A program made the translations under genes and the position numbers. A stretch of 62,571 nucleotides of DNA, the filler included, from Hausera hauseri (lineage: Eukaryota), in NCBI GenBank assembly GCA_046269625.1. It is 11 parts of 11 records of this genome, joined end to end, with 100 filler letters (N's around TTAATTAATTAA, not from the genome) between each part and the next. Parts side by side here need not be neighbours in the genome. Positions count along the whole stretch, not along the records: positions 6,072 to 14,965 come from JBJURY010507685.1; positions 15,066 to 21,267 come from JBJURY010126762.1; positions 21,368 to 26,561 come from JBJURY010310942.1; 8 more parts are not named here. One strand, written 5' to 3'. The notes beneath the pieces are model-generated. The model saw nothing but the letters and a program-made list of their open reading frames with translations, searched no databases and was not told the origin of the DNA. Of this stretch, positions 12,732 to 23,848 are shown one piece after another (position 1 is the stretch's first letter; each line of letters opens with the position of its first letter).

Positions 12732-12779
12732 AATGAGTGATATTTATATCACTCTTCACTTGACGAAAGACAGGTTTTC

Positions 12780-14510
12780 CCAACGTAAAATTATCAGGCA
12801 CTGGAGTGGTTAACAGTCTTGCTTCATACTGTCAATGATAGCCTGATTTTTGCTGGATAAAGCAAATGAAATTAATTCCTGTCAGATACCACTAATGCCT
12901 GTAAATCTTTTTCAATGAACATCAAATTCTTTATCAATGGCATGATAGTCCTTCATATTATGACAGAATTTTAGATCACTAAGTTGTGCATCTGCCTCAC
13001 TGCTGGTTTTCAGTCATAAAGGTACATAAAAGAGATTGACGAAAACATTCATTCGCTTGAGTTTGTTCAGCATATCAGCATCATAAGATATTTGGTGTGA
13101 AAACAGAAACATCTTTGTTGCATAGATTTTGCAAGCCATCCATCTGGCCTGATGAATTGCACCTGGCTTCAAAAATGCTTTCCTTTAGGTGGGTTTTCGC
13201 TAAATATTGAGTAAATTCTCTACACACTCACAGTAATCACCACGAATGAATATGCTGGAGCTTTTGTCACTTAAAATTATTATCATTTGAGAGACTGCAT
13301 GTCTCATAACTTTATTTAGCCACGGGTTATCTATATTCAATGTTCCAGTTGGTATTTCTTTATATAAGGAATCCCATGCGGTTTGGAACTCAGCAAAGTG
13401 CTTGTATTCAGGTCAAAGATTTTTGCCCAACAGAAACTTCCAAACAACCTCAACAGTTACTTCTAATATATAATGTCGGCAAGCTAGATAGAATAGCTTC
13501 TAACCTATTTGTTCTTCAAGAAGCTTTGCAGCAACCCTCCATGCCACTGTTGCTCCCTGTTGGATCAAAAATCAAATCGGTAACATTCTGCAACAGACTC
13601 TATACATTAGGCAAATCATAGATGGTATCAGATTGTGATTTACCGGTGGAGTCTTCAAGTGTATGCACACCCAACAGTTTTCCTTCCGCATAGACTGGTG
13701 CACCAGACACAAGAACTCCCAACAATATTTGTCATCTCAGTGAACTGCTACTAAATCAGGAGAATTTTGATGAATACTTTCAATGATACTTTCTGCAATC
13801 AATAACCTATGAGCCATTCTGGATCTGCGAGTTGTCTGTCAGGATATGTCAAAATCTTTAAGATCACTATTTTCTGCCTTTATAACGGCTGAAACTAGCT
13901 TTGTAGTCTGATTGTCTGACAACTTTAACCGGTCAGCTACAGTTGCTATGACATCGCACTGCATGATTTTTCTTGGAAGTTATGGAGTTGTTATCGCTCT
14001 TAGTATTTACAGAATGAAGAATGAAATCTTGGTCCACAGCAATTTCATCTACATAGTATTATCATTATCATAGATTTCATTATCACTGCATTCATGACCA
14101 ACAGTCTCTACATTAAACTTGTTTTCATTGAAAGCCTCCACCTTGTCACTCTCTCAGCAATTGGGAACGTGTTTGTCTCGCAGTTTGACTTTCTGTTTTT
14201 GTCTTAAATACTTTCTGTCCACCTTTTGATCCAGATAGAACTCAAATTCATCCTTTTTCTTCCGAGTTGACAACAGCCTGCATTTCTTGATTTCTTCAAT
14301 AGCATCAGGAGCTCCTATGTCAAACAGTTAATCTAATTGTAGAATAAAGTTGACTCTCTTTCTACTAGGATTATAGTGCGTCCTTTACTTTTTGCCAAAG
14401 AACCCCGTTGCTACCAAAATTTCATTATATCATTCATGCAGTTGTTTCAGAACCGCCACAGGCCTTTCCGCTATAAAATTTAAATCAATAATCTCAATAT
14501 GGCACATATA
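12780..14510 (-). pseudogene. hAT-superfamily (hATm-like) transposase relic
   Basis: Minus-strand fragments LFDI..FYLDQ, EGKLLGVHTLEDSTG, IFDPTGSNSG, LFYLACRHYILE and KPGAIHQARWMACKIYA. These carry the CxxH and RW signatures of hAT transposases; many stops. Confidence 0.75.
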
Positions 14511-14519
14511 CTGGCGGGT

Positions 14520-14965
14520 GCAGCACTTGATGCACTTTCGATCAATGCGATATTCGATTGCGTTATGCACTTGGATACGGTTGCCATGGCACTTTTCACT
14601 TTTCACACTTTTGCAGTTGTGAAGCGTAGAATTGATGGAATTGATCGGGATCAAGTGCAGATAGATAGAGCACATCGAGATGCACATTGATATATGGCGT
14701 GCAGTGCAAAAATATGTGCGCAAGTTTGCAAAAATCAATAATATCTAATATCCGATATTTCCAATATGGGTGATTGGCACTCGGCACTGGGTGCATTCGA
14801 ACACAAACACTGTGTAGTATATAAATGTGCAGTTAGAATTAAAATTTATGGATTAGTTATTAATTAATATCGATCGAAATTGCAAATTGGCTATATTTTC
14901 AACATGTTTTTAAGCCGTAGGAAGCAAAATTCGATCCAAAATTGAGCGGAGACAGACAGGAAATC
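14520..14965. repeat. Diverged inverted copy of the pPolB terminal region (matches ~12215-12660)
   Basis: For example, ctgtcctcgctaaatgttgtatcgaattttgactccttagggcctaaaaac (~12217) matches the reverse complement of ~14906-14955. The aatattggaaatatcgg and ccgatcgattccatcaat blocks are also mirrored. Confidence 0.8.
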
Positions 14966-15861
14966 NNNNNNNNNNNNNNNNNNNNNNNNNNNNNNNNNNN
15001 NNNNNNNNNTTAATTAATTAANNNNNNNNNNNNNNNNNNNNNNNNNNNNNNNNNNNNNNNNNNNNCACGAAAATTGCATATGGACAAGCATGTCACAACG
15101 CAACAAATCGCCACGTCCAAAACAAAAACAACATTGTATATAACGACAACACACATTCAACTGCAGGCTCGAATAAAAATGAAAACAATAAACACTGGTG
15201 CATCTTCTTGTGCTAAGCTAAAAGTGTGTTTATGTGCGTATGTATACTGAATTAATGGAGCAGATCAACATCAGTAAAATTAATTAACAAACAGTTGTGA
15301 GCACTACATGACAGTCAAATAGAAAACGAGAGGAAATAAATAAAACAAAAATCTAGTGATCATCTGAAGATAACATTGTCTGCTCCCAACATCACTCATT
15401 ATGCAAAATGATTATCTTTTAGCTGCAAGACGACCACTATTAATGTGTGGAGTGATGTTAGTGTTAGAAACGAGCAATAATCCACCGTGGTCAGATTATC
15501 ACAGTGGCAAAGTATCAATAGATATCAAAATAAAAGTAAAAAAAAAAATGTCTAAGAGAGAAAACAATACACAAGCGCGAGCTGCTATATATGCTCTGTT
15601 AACACATCAATGAGAAAATATTCTTTTATCCGTCCACTAGTGGCATAAACAATACATGAATGAGATTACCTCAAAAAAAAAAAGAAAAAAGAAAGTAAAT
15701 TTAGTGGGCACTACGACCGTCGTTCCTCACATTTTTGTTGTGTTCGATGCAGTTCATATCGCGATGTATAACAAGCCTCCTATCAAAACAGTTACCAATG
15801 TGTGACATGTGATATCTGAAGTAATAGTGGGAAGAATGACAGACACCAAGCGTGCTTTTGG

Positions 15862-18800
15862 TTACAAAGGACCATCTCGAATATCCTCTTCAGCCTTCTG
15901 CAGAATTTTTCCCCAATTAGCATCAAAGTACTTCGCATATCCATTCAAAAGATCAGAAAGATACTCGCTCCCTGCTGCGCCCTTTACTCCCAACCCCTCA
16001 GTTGTAATACGAGCAAACCGCCGTAAAAGTTCTGCATTTTCACGCTTGGCGCTGATAACAACTGCAAGGTACACGCTCTCCCTCTTTGCAGTAGTTAGCT
16101 CCGCCATTGGTTCAAGCAGCGCCTGGCGAGAAGACTCTATGCGTTGATTGTTCTTTGGAATAGTCTCGTCACAGTGTTGAATTCGGCACTCACACTCCTT
16201 AATTGCATTATCATACATTTGAAGCGCACATTCCACTTTATTTGCGGTCACCCTTCGCATAATTTCGCATTTCCTAAGTATTTGTTTCACTTTTTTGACG
16301 TGTAGTGGCAAGACGCCGCCACTGCGTAGTCGTTCGAGTTCGAGTTCGAGATCTCTGTCAGATATCTGCTGTTCAAGAGATCTTATCTCCTCATCCAGCA
16401 TCACAATCACTGCAGAGGCACAGTTTCTCTCCGAAAGATCAATTATGGCCATAGGAAAAGGCATGGATTGGCTGAAAATACCCGAGGGAATCAGAGACCG
16501 AGACAATTCGCCGAGTCGTTGTCGTTCGCCCCTTTTTTCCTCAAGTCGCTGACGATCGCTTTTGTTTCTCTTTTCGAACGCCTGTATTTGTTTTTCATTT
16601 GCGTTATATACTTTGTTCTTTTCTTCGAGCTGGGCCCACAAAGACGTAATTTCCGCCTGCTTTTGCCTGTGGGCATCAGCACCTGCCGTATCATTGGCCA
16701 GAAACCTGTCAATATCGTCCATATCTCCTCGATGATTCAGCTCCTCAAGTGTAATCTTTTGCTCATTAATCTTCGATAACTCCTTTGTTGTCTTTTCCTT
16801 CAACTGTTCCATCTCTGCGTTGCTCCGTTGGGCGTCAGCAATATCCGTGTTCAACAGCTTAATCCTCTCCTCCAACCCCCTGATCTTGGCAGGAACATCC
16901 GCTTCATATTTTCTCAACAAACGATTCTCCCATGTGTCAATATGCATCGAAATAGAATCTGAGAAACGCTTCTTAGCATCATCGGTACGCAACGCCGGTA
17001 AAAAATACCCTTTGTCAATCCCTGGGGAAGCAAGAAAGCCTTGTAAGATCTTATTCCTCATAGATCTATCTCGAAGATCAACGTAAAGAATACGTCCATC
17101 AGCAGCAATTCCAACAATAAAATTCCAAACCTCAATCTTCGCTTTTGCTGAACTGATCTGATCTGGATCAGACTGGTTGTGTCTCCGGATATCCTCCAAC
17201 TTACATTTCTCTTCATGCAATCCTGTGTCTGCAGCATTCTTGATATGGGCTGCCGGATCACCTTTGTACTTTGTGATTAATAAATATACAGATTGTCTCA
17301 CACAACGCTCTGTGAAGGCATTAGGTATACGATTTCTCAACCTGTTAAATAAGCCGAGTATACCTTGACACCTCTTGTCAAAAAACGCCGCAAACTCAAT
17401 TACCAACACAATACTCTTGACAGACCTTGCATTTCGGATAGCCTGGTCCATGCTGATCATTGCACGCAGTTCGTAATCCTTTGAGCGGGTGTCCTCAAAT
17501 CCTGGACAGTCACATAGTCGTAACGTTTCATAGTCGTTTCCAGTAGGCTGGTATCCATGAACGTAAGTTGTCTCCGAAGTAACTAGTGACTGACCAATCT
17601 TGGCGTATTCACCCTCAACCAAATCGTTACTTTTCAGGCGTATACGTGTTTGCTCAAGTTCCTCATATAACTCCAACGCATGTCCGATGAAGTAATTCAC
17701 AGAAACACTCTTTCCAGCACCAGTCGGCCCGAGGAACAACACAATATCCTTTCCTTGAATTCTCTCAACATGCTTGAATACATCATCGAACAAATCCATC
17801 CCCTTGAACACAGCTCGTTTCTCTCTCTTGTCTACCATTCGTGAGTAAGCCGCTTCAGTGATCAACTCAGACATTACTGTGGACACAGTCTTGGTTACAT
17901 CCATCTCCGCATACAAAGGAATGAGGCGATTGATGTCGGCTCGCAAACATTCGGGAACGTAGTCCTCGGAAACAGATTTCAGCCCGTTCCTCCGTAAATC
18001 ATTTAGAAGCCTATCAAAACATTCAGTGTTCTCCCTAGCACATAGAAATTTCAAGATGTTCAATTCAAGACCTTGGATCATTTCAAAGCGTTCCTGTGTT
18101 TTCATTGCTTCGGACACGTCCGCTGTTATCCGAATGCTGTCTTTCAACTTCCCATAGCTTGTGTCGTCCCACTCAAGACTCTGAAAATCCTCATCAATGA
18201 AGCAAGGAGTGTGGGAAAAATCGAAGGGATTGACGTTACCATTGCGAGATCCTGACAAAAGGCTAATTGCAGAGCCCTCATCACCACTTGTAGTTATCAC
18301 AAAATTATACTTCGCGTTTTTCTCTGTTAAACAGTTCAGCGTGAATGTGGCTTGCATTACGCCATCTGGAGTCTGATGTTCGTTCCCTAGTTGAAGTATG
18401 TATGACCCCTCATTGATCAGATTGTCAACTTCCATGCGTTTGTCCCGAGGGTAATAGACCTCAATTTCCTGTGTCATATCCGCATTCATGCTTGCAAGGA
18501 TTTGGCTCAACATAATGGGCTTCTTGCGTGATATATCCATAGACAACACATCGTGATCATTGAACGCTATTCGAATTCTGCTCTTATTAGCAAGATAAAA
18601 CAATAAACCTCTCCGACTTGAATCGAGAAACTCGCATCGCTTAATTACAGATGAAATAGAGTCGCACCCATTCGGATAAGAAAAATCAAACTGTTTCCCG
18701 ACAAAGTATTCTTCGTCCTTATCCAACCATTCCAGTGTTTGTGGCATGCTCCTTCTCGCATGTCTGTACAACTCAGCAACAAGAGTATACAAGTTCATGT

Positions 18801-19050
18801 CTTCACCAATGGCTGAAAGCGTTGTAGACAACCAGCCTTCGTCAGAGACAGCGTCATCACCAAATTTTTCACTGAGGAGCAGATACAGTCTTCGCTGGTC
18901 AGCAGACTTGTCCTCAGCACAGTCACCAAAGATCGCCTCTCTTATTTCATGTCTAGTGATCTTTTGCTTCCCATCCGACCCCAATGCTTCCAAGAACAAA
19001 TTCATGTTCCTTTCAAACTCTGGGGGCTCAGTAGCGTCCGGATTCATCAT
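15862..19050 (-). CDS. Large P-loop GTPase (AIG1/MMR_HSR1/dynamin-like TRAFAC class) with a long C-terminal coiled coil, intronless, ~1062 aa
   Basis: Uninterrupted 3.2-kb ORF. G1 FLGPTGAGKS, G2 SETT, G3 LCDCPGF, G4-like LLITK, and a heptad-rich C-terminal third. First ATG at 19050; the ORF track starts at an upstream TTG (19095). Confidence 0.85.
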   Translation of the reverse strand: MMNPDATEPPEFERNMNLFLEALGSDGKQKITRHEIREAIFGDCAEDKSADQRRLYLLLSEKFGDDAVSDEGWLSTTLSAIGEDMNLYTLVAELYRHARRSMPQTLEWLDKDEEYFVGKQFDFSYPNGCDSISSVIKRCEFLDSSRRGLLFYLANKSRIRIAFNDHDVLSMDISRKKPIMLSQILASMNADMTQEIEVYYPRDKRMEVDNLINEGSYILQLGNEHQTPDGVMQATFTLNCLTEKNAKYNFVITTSGDEGSAISLLSGSRNGNVNPFDFSHTPCFIDEDFQSLEWDDTSYGKLKDSIRITADVSEAMKTQERFEMIQGLELNILKFLCARENTECFDRLLNDLRRNGLKSVSEDYVPECLRADINRLIPLYAEMDVTKTVSTVMSELITEAAYSRMVDKREKRAVFKGMDLFDDVFKHVERIQGKDIVLFLGPTGAGKSVSVNYFIGHALELYEELEQTRIRLKSNDLVEGEYAKIGQSLVTSETTYVHGYQPTGNDYETLRLCDCPGFEDTRSKDYELRAMISMDQAIRNARSVKSIVLVIEFAAFFDKRCQGILGLFNRLRNRIPNAFTERCVRQSVYLLITKYKGDPAAHIKNAADTGLHEEKCKLEDIRRHNQSDPDQISSAKAKIEVWNFIVGIAADGRILYVDLRDRSMRNKILQGFLASPGIDKGYFLPALRTDDAKKRFSDSISMHIDTWENRLLRKYEADVPAKIRGLEERIKLLNTDIADAQRSNAEMEQLKEKTTKELSKINEQKITLEELNHRGDMDDIDRFLANDTAGADAHRQKQAEITSLWAQLEEKNKVYNANEKQIQAFEKRNKSDRQRLEEKRGERQRLGELSRSLIPSGIFSQSMPFPMAIIDLSERNCASAVIVMLDEEIRSLEQQISDRDLELELERLRSGGVLPLHVKKVKQILRKCEIMRRVTANKVECALQMYDNAIKECECRIQHCDETIPKNNQRIESSRQALLEPMAELTTAKRESVYLAVVISAKRENAELLRRFARITTEGLGVKGAAGSEYLSDLLNGYAKYFDANWGKILQKAEEDIRDGPL

Positions 19051-19145
19051 CGAGTCGTGGTCCAAGTGCTGTGCTGTATTTTTAATACACTGCAATTTTA
19101 CTTACACAGAGTCGCGTTACAAGAAAGGCAGAATGCACACTTGTC

Positions 19146-19190
19146 TGTGATGTGTTTTTAAAAAACAAAAAAACAAAAAAGAAGAAAGTC
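19146..19190 (-). promoter_or_regulatory. Polypyrimidine tract and CAG acceptor upstream of the GTPase ORF (cis- or trans-splice acceptor)
   Basis: Minus strand has a ~30-nt C/T-rich tract followed by CACAG, ~100 nt before the ATG. Confidence 0.4.
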
Positions 19191-22100
19191 ATTAGATGTA
19201 AGTAACACGTGTGTCTTTATGTAAGTCAAAGCGGTAAAGAGTATGAGGGAAATGATTGATAGTGTAGTAGACATATTAGCATCAGCGACTAACCACACAA
19301 ACGCCCGACGTGCCCAGCACATGCAAACTACAAACCTCCAAAATTAACATACGTTGAGAACGTTAGAAAGAGCAACAACAACAACAACAATACAGAAGTG
19401 ATAGCTTACCACCTCACAATCCACTATAGCTACACACAATTACAAGACACAACCAATTACTGTCACGGAGATTATGACATGCCCATTGTCGTCACCGTGC
19501 ATGTTCTGCTCCAGTCGGCCAACACTCATGACTCGATGCCAGGTGCATGTGCAGTTCATTTTCCTCTCTAACTCTCGACTGATACAAACAACAAAGAGAA
19601 CAAACAGACAATCAGGATAATGCATCATTGTTGAAGCCGATACGCGGCATGTGCTCACAGTTCTCTCAGTATATCCACGAACACAAGAGAGAAAGACTCG
19701 AACAGTGTAACCCTTCCATCAGAGCGAAAAGCAAACAGAATAACACCTCATACTGACAACACGCTATCGAAAGACGGACAAAGATAGATGCACAGAGAAT
19801 GGAGCAACAGTCATCATCTGTTTGCAGCAGTAGATCTCCACTTTAGGGAGAAACCAAACAGGTTCCACGGGCTCATCATGACACACCAATCCGTCTTCCA
19901 AGGACACAAATAGTTTGTGCCTCCCGCCATGCCTTTAGGCTTGTGGGAACCGACGAACAATGTGAAATGAGATTGCATTAATAACCCACACAGGCCGCGT
20001 CACGCGCACTACGGAAGCCTTTGCTGCAACATACCCTCCGACGCCCAGCCAAATTATCAACAGTAACATGGCAGTTACATGGGACAGCTATAATTCGACC
20101 AACGCAAACTCTCGTATAGCGATGTGTGAAGCTCTGGCATGACAAGTATAGGGAACAGTGCTTCTACAGACAGAATGCTTGACACAGACGCACGTCCGCT
20201 GTGAGCCAAGGATATAAACACGACTTACTGCGTCCGCCTGTTGCCCTCTTCAAATCAATGTGAAAACACAACAGCTTACGACTCTGTATAAAAAACCATA
20301 ACAGTTGGTTGGTGTAGCTCACGTCTCACTCAAGATGCGCAACAGCGATCAGCAACCGTGTCGTCTGAGAGATGCAGACTGTTGTCCGCATGGTGCCAGC
20401 AGCCTGAAGTTCACGAAATGACCGTTAGAATGCACGTTTTCCAATACCCTGCATCAAGATGGCGAAGTTCCCCAAATTTTGTTTGGTTCCTTCACGTGTT
20501 TTACCACAGGTGATGTGTATCTCATAGTTAGCAAATTATGTTGACTGACTCTCCGACATGCTACACATTACTACAGCTTTAACGCAGCTTCCTGTTTTTC
20601 TTCCTTCAAAAGATTAGCTGACGCAAGTGGCATTTGCTACTGTTACAACAACACCGTGATAAGTCACAGAAATAATAAATGACGACGTACAAACGAACAA
20701 AGGGTCAAATAGTAAAGTTACACAAGTAACGGCATTGGCTTGATCGTCTGTTGTGTTCTATGCAGCTCTCTAAAGATGCCCTGGATTACTGGCATTCGTA
20801 TAAACGCGGAACAAAGGAGAAGCCTTTCCACACATTCAGTTTCACACAGGCAATGACGAACCTCATCAAATCAGTCATTGAGCAGAGATACTCGAAGCCA
20901 CAACACACAAAAAAAAAAAAAAAACAAGGTAAAGACGTCGCCGCGCACTTGTGACGCAAGGCAGGTCGTGGGACAACATCGACATGATGAGCCGAAGTAT
21001 CGTATCTGGGAAAATTAACCTGGTGACGAAATCTTCGGTCGCAATGTGGTCAGCCGAGGGTCGGCACTTGTTTGCCGGCAGCATTATCTCTCCCTCGAAA
21101 TTGTACCACTGTTGATACAACAAGATGTTGTGAGCGGTGATGACAAACAACCTGTGGTTACTACACGTAAGACTTTGTGCGATAGGGAGGAAGCAAACCG
21201 TGTGTGTTGTGCTGATGGCTGCGGGGCTTGTTGTTCACCAGCCGACTGTACTGGACGATATTGTTCCNNNNNNNNNNNNNNNNNNNNNNNNNNNNNNNNN
21301 NNNNNNNNNNNTTAATTAATTAANNNNNNNNNNNNNNNNNNNNNNNNNNNNNNNNNNNNNNNNNNNNTTGGAATGTATGCCATTTTTAGGGAATAAAATT
21401 GATATTAATAAGGATTCAATAGTTTATATAACCAGAGTATATTAATGAGTATGATATGTGGAATTTGTAGATGAACGCGATTGGAGCAGATAAATGTGGA
21501 ATTTTACTCAAATAAATGAATCCAAAACTCTTGGTCAATTTGAACATGGAATTATAATATTCACATCTATTAGTTGCGTTATTAATGTGAATTACGCCAC
21601 AATTTATTAGATTTGATTAGCTGCATATATCATAAGATTTGAATAAGAGTATATAATAATCCTGTATTTATTAATAGAACAGTTGCTTGGAGGCGCGGTT
21701 TTCGAGTCGTATGGCTATTTCGGATTTATTATCGGCTAACTGTCGAATAAATTATATAGTATAGAGCGCGACGCCTACATTTGGATATCCAGTGCGACAT
21801 AGAGTAAATAATCCCAACATAATCACCGGCGTCCGGCGTACTCATGTCAAATTACTTTACCTTGAGAACAATTAAGAATTAATTTAGACCAAATCGGTAT
21901 CCTACGCAATTGGGAGAATTTATGAAGTACCGTGTAAGGTCCACGTAGATGATTAGCTCCCTAATGTACAAATCCCCGCACTAATCAAGACAATAGAAGA
22001 AAGATATGGTGAACATGTCATTCAGGTATCATGAGTAAAATGTCCAAGCGCAGGCCAACTTCGGTTACTGAACCGCTGTCGAACTCAAATTTCAAATCAA

Positions 22101-22297
22101 GCTAGTATAGAACATATATAGAGGTTCATATGTTGGAGGTATATCCCCGATTGAAATCCTCTATCTCAACATATGTCGTTTTTGTTTGCATTGCAACAAT
22201 TAGAACGGAAAGTGAATGAAAGATTCGCTAAAGTGGAAGAAAATGATGACAACCGTGCACCCATACTGCCAAAACATAATATACTTACAGTCATTGT

Positions 22298-22678
22298 TTA
22301 TACTAAACTTCTGTTACCACCGATGATACTACCCAGTAATGACACGACAACCGGTAGAATTGCACCAAGGAATCCTACATTTTGCTGCTACATGACCTCT
22401 CATTTCAGTCGTTTACTACGAGCATTAGCAAGGTCAATGAGTCATTTTTGATTTAGTAAATTCCGCTTTCCACAACCAATGTCTACGTGACCCAGAACAA
22501 TATTGTACAAAATTTTCATTAAATCGTCCACTACGAATTGCGGGAATGATCGTAGCATGATTCGTTTGTCTCGAAGGTGCTTTAAGCAAAGCAATAAATT
22601 ATGGTTGACTACGTTTGAAACGCATGTTTCATCAGTGAATAATGAATCTGCGACGTAGTTGTTTATAATCGTTGCCAC
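22298..22678 (-). pseudogene. Polinton/adintovirus-type small virion protein with a C-terminal GFLG-amphipathic helix
   Basis: FVVDDLMKILYNIVLGHVDIG continues in frame through stops to QQNVGFLGAILPVVVSLLGSIIGG, a decayed xGG-F adenain-type site plus amphipathic helix. Homolog at 30346-30573. Confidence 0.6.
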
Positions 22679-22848
22679 TTTGAGGGTACTTTGCGTCTCA
22701 CTGCTGCTGATATTGTTGTTCGAAGCACTGAATTGATTAATCTCTTAACTGTAGAGTTACGATTTGCTGCTGCTTCTGCCACACGTTTCTTTCTGGACAC
22801 CTGTTTATCAGCTTTACGTTTAGCCATTGTTTTGCGGAAATTCTTCAT
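22663..22848 (-). CDS. Small Arg/Lys-rich protein (putative Polinton core/DNA-condensing protein)
   Basis: 61 aa, strongly basic, overlapping the next virion gene. A similar basic frame sits in the same position at ~30570-30700. Confidence 0.4.
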   Translation of the reverse strand: MKNFRKTMAKRKADKQVSRKKRVAEAAANRNSTVKRLINSVLRTTISAAVRRKVPSKWQRL

Positions 22849-22919
22849 TTTTCGGTATTATTTTCATGTCGATTTTCGAATTTGTTTATAGACATACACG
22901 TCTTTCAGATTGAAATTAT

Positions 22920-23279
22920 TTGTTCGTACACGCATGTTATCTGGGCACTTGTGTAAAGTCAATGAACAGATATCCGTGTGATCTTCATCATGGTCTATTA
23001 GTGAAGAAGATCAGAGACGATGATTTGGATACAATGGAAGAAACAATTAGAAAGGTTGACAGTGATTTGATGTTGACTAACGATATCCGAGATATCGTCC
23101 ATTTTTCTCAAGGGAAATATGATAAAGTTTGCCAATTCACGTGGTGGAAAAACAGCAGCAAAAGCAGTTTTGCCACCGGAGGAGCTAAAGGCTATCTAAT
23201 ACTGAAGCTGAAAGGATACAAAGAACTGCACGGCGTTAAATCACCAATATGGAAGCCGCGGAAAAAAATTTTTACGTAG
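22920..23279 (+). CDS. Hypothetical Polinton accessory protein; C-terminus runs into the hairpin
   Basis: 119-aa ORF with protein-like composition, divergent from the virion genes. No recognisable motif. Confidence 0.35.
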   Translation: MFVHACYLGTCVKSMNRYPCDLHHGLLVKKIRDDDLDTMEETIRKVDSDLMLTNDIRDIVHFSQGKYDKVCQFTWWKNSSKSSFATGGAKGYLILKLKGYKELHGVKSPIWKPRKKIFT

Positions 23280-23352
23280 GGAAATTGAGGCAAAAAAAGC
23301 GGGGCGGTGTCGGGAGCTTTTTTTGACTCAATTTCCCTACGTAAAAAATTTT
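23265..23352. repeat. Long near-perfect hairpin (~36-bp stem, 15-nt G-rich loop)
   Basis: aaaatttttacgtagggaaattgaggcaaaaaaagc / ggggcggtgtcggga / gctttttttgactcaatttccctacgtaaaaaatttt. Confidence 0.95.
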
Positions 23353-23493
23353 CCTTTCTTTTTTTAATGCCATTTTTGTAGTTTTACTTTTAGATTTCCC
23401 TTCTCCATTTCTAGAGACTTAGGACTCTTGAGAAATTTCCCAGTTGGGTTAAAAATCTAGAAGACAACACTAAATTTATTTTGAAAAATACAT

Positions 23494-23781
23494 TTATTCC
23501 TCAGCAAGTTCCCGATCAATCATTTGGGAAACTTCCCGAGGTTCAGAGACAATAAGTTCTATGAAAACTTCCCGGACTTCTTCCAGGGAATTCGCTGCCA
23601 GAGTTTCGTTTTTATAATTTATCCAAAATTTTCTTTTCATGTCCAGGAAACCGTTTCTTAGTTTCCTTAATTCCTCGCGCTTTTCTTTATTTTGCTGGAG
23701 AAGTCTGGAGGTTAAATTTTTATTCTCCCAGTTTATTATTTTCAGGAAGTCATTTGTTTCCCGATTCTCCAGGAAGTACAT
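23494..23781 (-). CDS. Hypothetical helical protein
   Basis: 95-aa ORF whose frame stays open upstream to ~23855. Its stop overlaps AATAAA. It lies between the pPolB end and the hairpin. Confidence 0.4.
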   Translation of the reverse strand: MYFLENRETNDFLKIINWENKNLTSRLLQQNKEKREELRKLRNGFLDMKRKFWINYKNETLAANSLEEVREVFIELIVSEPREVSQMIDRELAEE

Positions 23782-23848
23782 TATTTGCAGATCAAATATT
23801 ACAATGAATTGTCTGTAAATATCAGTTAATTTTTGCAGGAATTGGATC

